Assembly: GCA_051886435.1 (NCBI GenBank)
Contig: JBJEYC010000052.1
Coordinates: 1-61,695 of the forward strand
Source: Lachnospiraceae bacterium
GTDB taxonomy: Bacteria > Bacillota > Clostridia > Lachnospirales > Lachnospiraceae
Length of the DNA stretch: 61,695 nt
Reading direction: 5' to 3'
Position 1 is the stretch's first letter; the number at the start of each line of letters is the position of its first letter. Below, piece after piece: positions 57,641 through 61,695 of this stretch. Made by a program: the position numbers and the translations under genes. Below the pieces are notes generated by a model. The model searched no databases and had not been told where the DNA came from. It saw only the letters and a list, made by a program, of their open reading frames with translations.

Positions 57641-58492
57641 TTATCCTGCCAGAAACTGTCTGACCTGCGCGAGAGTCTCCTCCCCTTTCCTGCGCCCGAT
57701 CCGGTAAACCCGCTCGAGCTCCTTCGGGTCATGGCAGACGCTTCCGATCTGGAGGGGTGCGTCCGGGCAGATGACCAGGGCCCGCCCCAGCTCCTCTTCC
57801 ATCCGCGCATAGGCGGTCTGCCGGTTGTAGTCGATGTGGCGGGTATGGAGCTTTGCCTCCACCGCAGGGTATTGGGTGAGGAACCGGTGCAGAAGCGCCT
57901 CATGGGTCATGGGCTGCTTCCTGTAGTCTTTCGGCTGCGTCAGAATCACGACATTCCGGTCATACCCGAGATTTTCAAAAAAGCGAAGCGGAATCGAATC
58001 GGCGATGCCGCCGTCGAGGAGCCTTCGCCCATCCACCTGAACCGGTCTGGATGCCACCGGCATCGAAGCCGAGGCGCGGATGTAGAGAAGATCCCGCTCC
58101 CCGCCGTCCTCACAGCGGTAGTAGACCGCCTCCCCGGTATCCGCATCGGTGCAGACACACCAGAAGGCCATGGGATTTTCCCGGAAGGTCTTTGTATCCC
58201 AGGGATCCAGCTCCGCGGGGAGCTTTCGATAGTCGAAGTCCGCCCCGTAGAGGTCGCCGGTGAAGAGCCAGCTCCGGATTCCCGCAAAGTGCCAGTTCCG
58301 GCAGAAGCGCATGTTGTAGCGGATCACCCGGCCGATCTGTCTCGACTTGTAGTTGCAGCCAAAGGCAGCCCCCGCTGAGACGCCGATCATGCCGTCAAAG
58401 TCGATCCCGTTTTCCATGTATACGTCCGTGATGCCCGCGGTGAACATCCCCCGCATGGCACCGCCCTCGAGCACCAGTCCTGTTCCTGCCAA
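57641..58492 (-). CDS. Patatin-like phospholipase family protein
   Basis: EGGAMRG, GVSAG, DGG. Confidence 0.9.
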   Translation of the reverse strand: MAGTGLVLEGGAMRGMFTAGITDVYMENGIDFDGMIGVSAGAAFGCNYKSRQIGRVIRYNMRFCRNWHFAGIRSWLFTGDLYGADFDYRKLPAELDPWDTKTFRENPMAFWCVCTDADTGEAVYYRCEDGGERDLLYIRASASMPVASRPVQVDGRRLLDGGIADSIPLRFFENLGYDRNVVILTQPKDYRKQPMTHEALLHRFLTQYPAVEAKLHTRHIDYNRQTAYARMEEELGRALVICPDAPLQIGSVCHDPKELERVYRIGRRKGEETLAQVRQFLAG

Positions 58493-58694
58493 AAAATGCC
58501 TCTTTCTGCCCGGCTTTTTCCCGCCGGGATCAAGAAAGCATGATACAGAAGTTCCCGTCGGAATTCAACTTTTTGTCTTTTACAGGTGTTATTCTCTCCG
58601 GTTACAAATCCTGCAAAAGTTGGCCGGTGCGAACTGACGCAAAATGCTATAATAAAAGCCGCACTTTTGACAGACTATTGAGGATATCTGTTTT

Positions 58695-61025
58695 ATGTTT
58701 ATGAAAAGACAAAACTTACATGATCATCCCGCACTTTCCCCCGGAAAGCGCATCGCAGCCATTCTTGCGGCCGCGGCGCTTGGCTTATCCACCCTTTCCG
58801 CGAATCTTCCCGCAAGGGCAGCGGAAACGGACCAGGTGATTGCGACCGACTCCGGCATCCAGGCGCTGCTTGGCGAGGTGGAAGAGACCACAAAGAGCAC
58901 CATCCTCGGAGACGGAAGCGATCCCGGCACCGCATCCCTGGAAGCAGGGGAGGGTGTCAGCGCCCGGACCGCCCGCTCCGACGCCCTGCGCTATGCGGGA
59001 AACCAGCTGCATGAAATCAACGAGGAGATGCCGGAAGAGAGCGCCGAGCCCGCCTCCTCCGGCACCTGGCAGGACACGGAAGTCTACGGCATCCTCTCAC
59101 CGGACACCGCGACCGACAAAAAGGATGACTTCTATGCTGCCATCAACCAGGACTGGATCACAAACGCCACCGTCTCCGATGCGCAGCCGGAGGATTCCAT
59201 CGCCTCTGAGATGTCCGATACCGTGGAGGCGCAGAAAAAGTCCATTCTGACCGACAAGAGCCTGACAAGCCAGGACGCCCAGACCGTACAGACCATGTAT
59301 GACCTGCTCCTGGACTGGGACACCAGAAATGCCCAGGGCATCGCGCCGATCATGCCCTTTGTGGCCGCGATTCAAAAGATCCAGACCCTGGACGACCTGA
59401 CGGCGTATCTCTGCAACGATGCCTACAGCCTGGCGGATGCAGGCATCGTGCGCATGACCACTGCCCAGTACCAGAACAACCCGGAGTACTACGCAGTGGA
59501 GATCAGCCCTACCCAGCTTCTGCTCAGCCCCACCGAGTACCAATCCGTCACCCGTACCGGCCGCCTGCAGCTCTCCTTTGCCCAGAGCCAGTGCTACTAC
59601 ATGCTCGAGCGCATCGGTTACACCGATGACCAGATCGACACGATGTTCCAGCACTGCATCGTCCTGGAGTCCGCGATGGCAGACGCGCTGCTGGCAAGTG
59701 CCGAGCAGGCCGCAGCAGCCGCGATCACCCAGGGCGATACGACCAGTGCCACCTGCAAGCCCTGCTCGGAGCAGGATCTGATCACGCTGGCCGGGGACTT
59801 CCCGATTGAAGACGTCCTCAAGGCCAGAGGCCTGGACGGCTCCCTTGTCTACAACCTGCCCCAGCCCGAATGGCTGGTGGCCCTGGGAGAGATCTACAAC
59901 GAGAGCAACCTGGAGTACTTCCGGGACTACTTCCTCATCCACACGGCCATCGCCGCGATGGAGCTGACCGACAGCGAGGCCTTCAACGTGCGCACCGCTC
60001 TCTCCGTGCGGTTTCTCGGCACCGCCTCCGTGACAGGGGGCGACGAGAACGTCGCCTATACTTACGTGGACCTGTTGCTGGGCCGGGTTCTCGACAACGT
60101 CTACATCGATACCTACTGCAGCGAAGAGGACAAGGAGAAGGTCACCGAGCTCACCCAGACGATTCTGGACATGTACCGGAAGATGCTGAACCAGTCCTGG
60201 CTCTCCGATTCCTCCAAGGCCGAGGCGCTGAAAAAGCTGGATACTCTGACCATACGGGTGGACTACCCGGACGAACTGCCGGACTTCTCCTCTCTCCATC
60301 TGGTCAGCAAAGAACAGGGCGGCACGCTGATCCAGGCCTACAAGGCAATCCTGACCTTCTCGGAGGAGGCAGCCTCCAAACTCGTCAACCAGAAGGTATC
60401 CGACCGCTACTGGCTGATGGCGGCAAGCACTGTGAACTGCTACTACAACGCCGGGGATAACTCCATCAACATCCTGGCCGGGATGCTGCAGGCGCCCTTC
60501 TATTCGAAAAACGCCAGCAATGAGGAGCTCCTTGCCGGCATCGGCTTTGTCATCGCCCATGAGATCACCCACGCCTTTGACCTCTCCGGCGCCGCTTACG
60601 ACGCCACCGGGGCGGAGCGAAACTGGTGGACTGACGAGGATGAGGCCATCGGCATCGCCAAGTGGAACCAGATGGCGGACTACTACAGCACCTTCACACC
60701 GCTATCAGGCGGGGATGCGGTGTCCGGAGAGCAGGTCGCCAGCGAAGCGATGGCGGACCTTGGCGGCATGCAGTGCATCCTGAAGATCGCGGACCTCTAC
60801 CCCGCCTTTGACTATGATGCCTTCTTCACCCACTTCGCCTCCTGCTGGGCCTGCCTGCGGATCGACGACCAGGAGAATCTGATGCTGCTGTCCGACGAGC
60901 ACCCGCTCAACTACCTTCGGGTGAACATCCTGCTCCAGCAGTTCCAGCAGTTTTACGACACCTACAACATCAAGGAGGGCGACGGCATGTACCTCGCCCC
61001 GGACAAGCGCATCACCTTCTGGTGA
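58695..61025 (+). CDS. Secreted M13 family metalloendopeptidase (neprilysin/PepO-like)
   Basis: Signal peptide, DDFY..IN, VNCYY, AHEITH, EAMADLGG, DEHP..LRVN. Confidence 0.9.
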   Translation: MFMKRQNLHDHPALSPGKRIAAILAAAALGLSTLSANLPARAAETDQVIATDSGIQALLGEVEETTKSTILGDGSDPGTASLEAGEGVSARTARSDALRYAGNQLHEINEEMPEESAEPASSGTWQDTEVYGILSPDTATDKKDDFYAAINQDWITNATVSDAQPEDSIASEMSDTVEAQKKSILTDKSLTSQDAQTVQTMYDLLLDWDTRNAQGIAPIMPFVAAIQKIQTLDDLTAYLCNDAYSLADAGIVRMTTAQYQNNPEYYAVEISPTQLLLSPTEYQSVTRTGRLQLSFAQSQCYYMLERIGYTDDQIDTMFQHCIVLESAMADALLASAEQAAAAAITQGDTTSATCKPCSEQDLITLAGDFPIEDVLKARGLDGSLVYNLPQPEWLVALGEIYNESNLEYFRDYFLIHTAIAAMELTDSEAFNVRTALSVRFLGTASVTGGDENVAYTYVDLLLGRVLDNVYIDTYCSEEDKEKVTELTQTILDMYRKMLNQSWLSDSSKAEALKKLDTLTIRVDYPDELPDFSSLHLVSKEQGGTLIQAYKAILTFSEEAASKLVNQKVSDRYWLMAASTVNCYYNAGDNSINILAGMLQAPFYSKNASNEELLAGIGFVIAHEITHAFDLSGAAYDATGAERNWWTDEDEAIGIAKWNQMADYYSTFTPLSGGDAVSGEQVASEAMADLGGMQCILKIADLYPAFDYDAFFTHFASCWACLRIDDQENLMLLSDEHPLNYLRVNILLQQFQQFYDTYNIKEGDGMYLAPDKRITFW

Positions 61026-61036
61026 TGTGACTATAG

Positions 61037-61089
61037 AAAAAGAGAGCATTCCCGCGTGGGATCAATCCCGCGGAAATGCTCTCTTTTTT
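61037..61089. terminator. Bidirectional terminator
   Basis: AAAAAGAGAGCATT.CCGCG/CGCGG.AATGCTCTCTTTTT inverted repeat. Confidence 0.8.
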
Positions 61090-61695
61090 ACTGCCCGGAC
61101 TCCTCCGGAAGGCTTCCCTCCCGGTGGGTCTGGTACCAGTCCGTGGTGTCAACGCCCTGCGGCGCAAAGAGGATCTTTCTGGCCGGTTCAATCTGATCTG
61201 ACAGGGGGTGATCCGTCCCAAAGAGACGCACATAGCCCTCCAGGGAGAGCGCCTTTTTCTTGAGTGCGGCTGCCCGCTCCCAGACGAAGATCGCCGCCTT
61301 TCCCTTGCCGTTCTTTGCCTCCTGGATCAGGTTCTCCGCGGCGGAGTTGCCGTCAAAGCAGACGACCAGGGAGGGCCGTCTTTCAAATATCTCGTAGTTG
61401 AAACTCTTGTAAGTGGCAGCGCCCTCGCTCTCCGTGGAGACCCGAATGGCAATCCCTGCGCTCTGCAGGCGCCTTGTCTCCACGGCAGTAAGCCTGGCAG
61501 GCACAATGGCAAAGATCCGGAAACCCTTCCGGTTGTGCTCCACAAGGTATTTCTCGTATCCGCTGAGCCGGTGCCCCACCACAAAGAAGGCTTCCTCCGG
61601 GGAGAGGGCGTCCAGCAGCTCTTCCAGCTGGGCCGCGCCTTCCTGGCTCACCCGGGTGCTCCGCTTTTCTGTGTTGAAGCTTCCGCCTGCCACCA
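61088..61695 (-). CDS. C-terminal part of an uncharacterised protein (5' end outside the window)
   Basis: Open frame to the window edge, alpha/beta pattern, stop at the terminator. Confidence 0.65.
   Translation of the reverse strand, partial: VAGGSFNTEKRSTRVSQEGAAQLEELLDALSPEEAFFVVGHRLSGYEKYLVEHNRKGFRIFAIVPARLTAVETRRLQSAGIAIRVSTESEGAATYKSFNYEIFERRPSLVVCFDGNSAAENLIQEAKNGKGKAAIFVWERAAALKKKALSLEGYVRLFGTDHPLSDQIEPARKILFAPQGVDTTDWYQTHREGSLPEESGQ

Noticed and set aside
12684-61584. Many long overlapping ORFs (e.g. 13195-14322, 20848-22521, 37581-39230, 51633-53912, 59097-60572)
   Set aside because: Typical stop-poor antisense or alternate frames of GC-rich genes, with no recognisable motifs.

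Overview
Firmicute (Lachnospiraceae-like) chromosomal window with two parts. Positions 1 to ~12.7 kb are visibly AT-richer and look like the end of an integrated prophage/ICE-like element abutting the 3' end of rlmD. This part holds the C-terminus of a phage-type family A DNA polymerase (missed by the ORF track) and a six-gene minus-strand defence-like operon: XRE regulator, TcmP-like methyltransferase-fold protein, SPL-like radical SAM enzyme, Type III-like Mod and Res, and AIPR. It also holds a divergent ImmA/IrrE-HTH protein, a structured leader before a sigma-like gene, and a phased array of five degenerate copies of the rlmD 3'-end (att-like) sequence between two convergent terminators. 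Positions ~12.7 to 61.7 kb are GC-rich host DNA: rlmD, yhaM, mutS2, greA, three two-component systems, TRAP/MFS/ECF transport, assorted hydrolases, a WYL protein, a VWA surface protein, an SGNH esterase-cyclophilin in-frame fusion and an M13 peptidase. No rRNA, tRNA, CRISPR array or integrase was seen. All calls come from motif recognition by eye; no database search was run.
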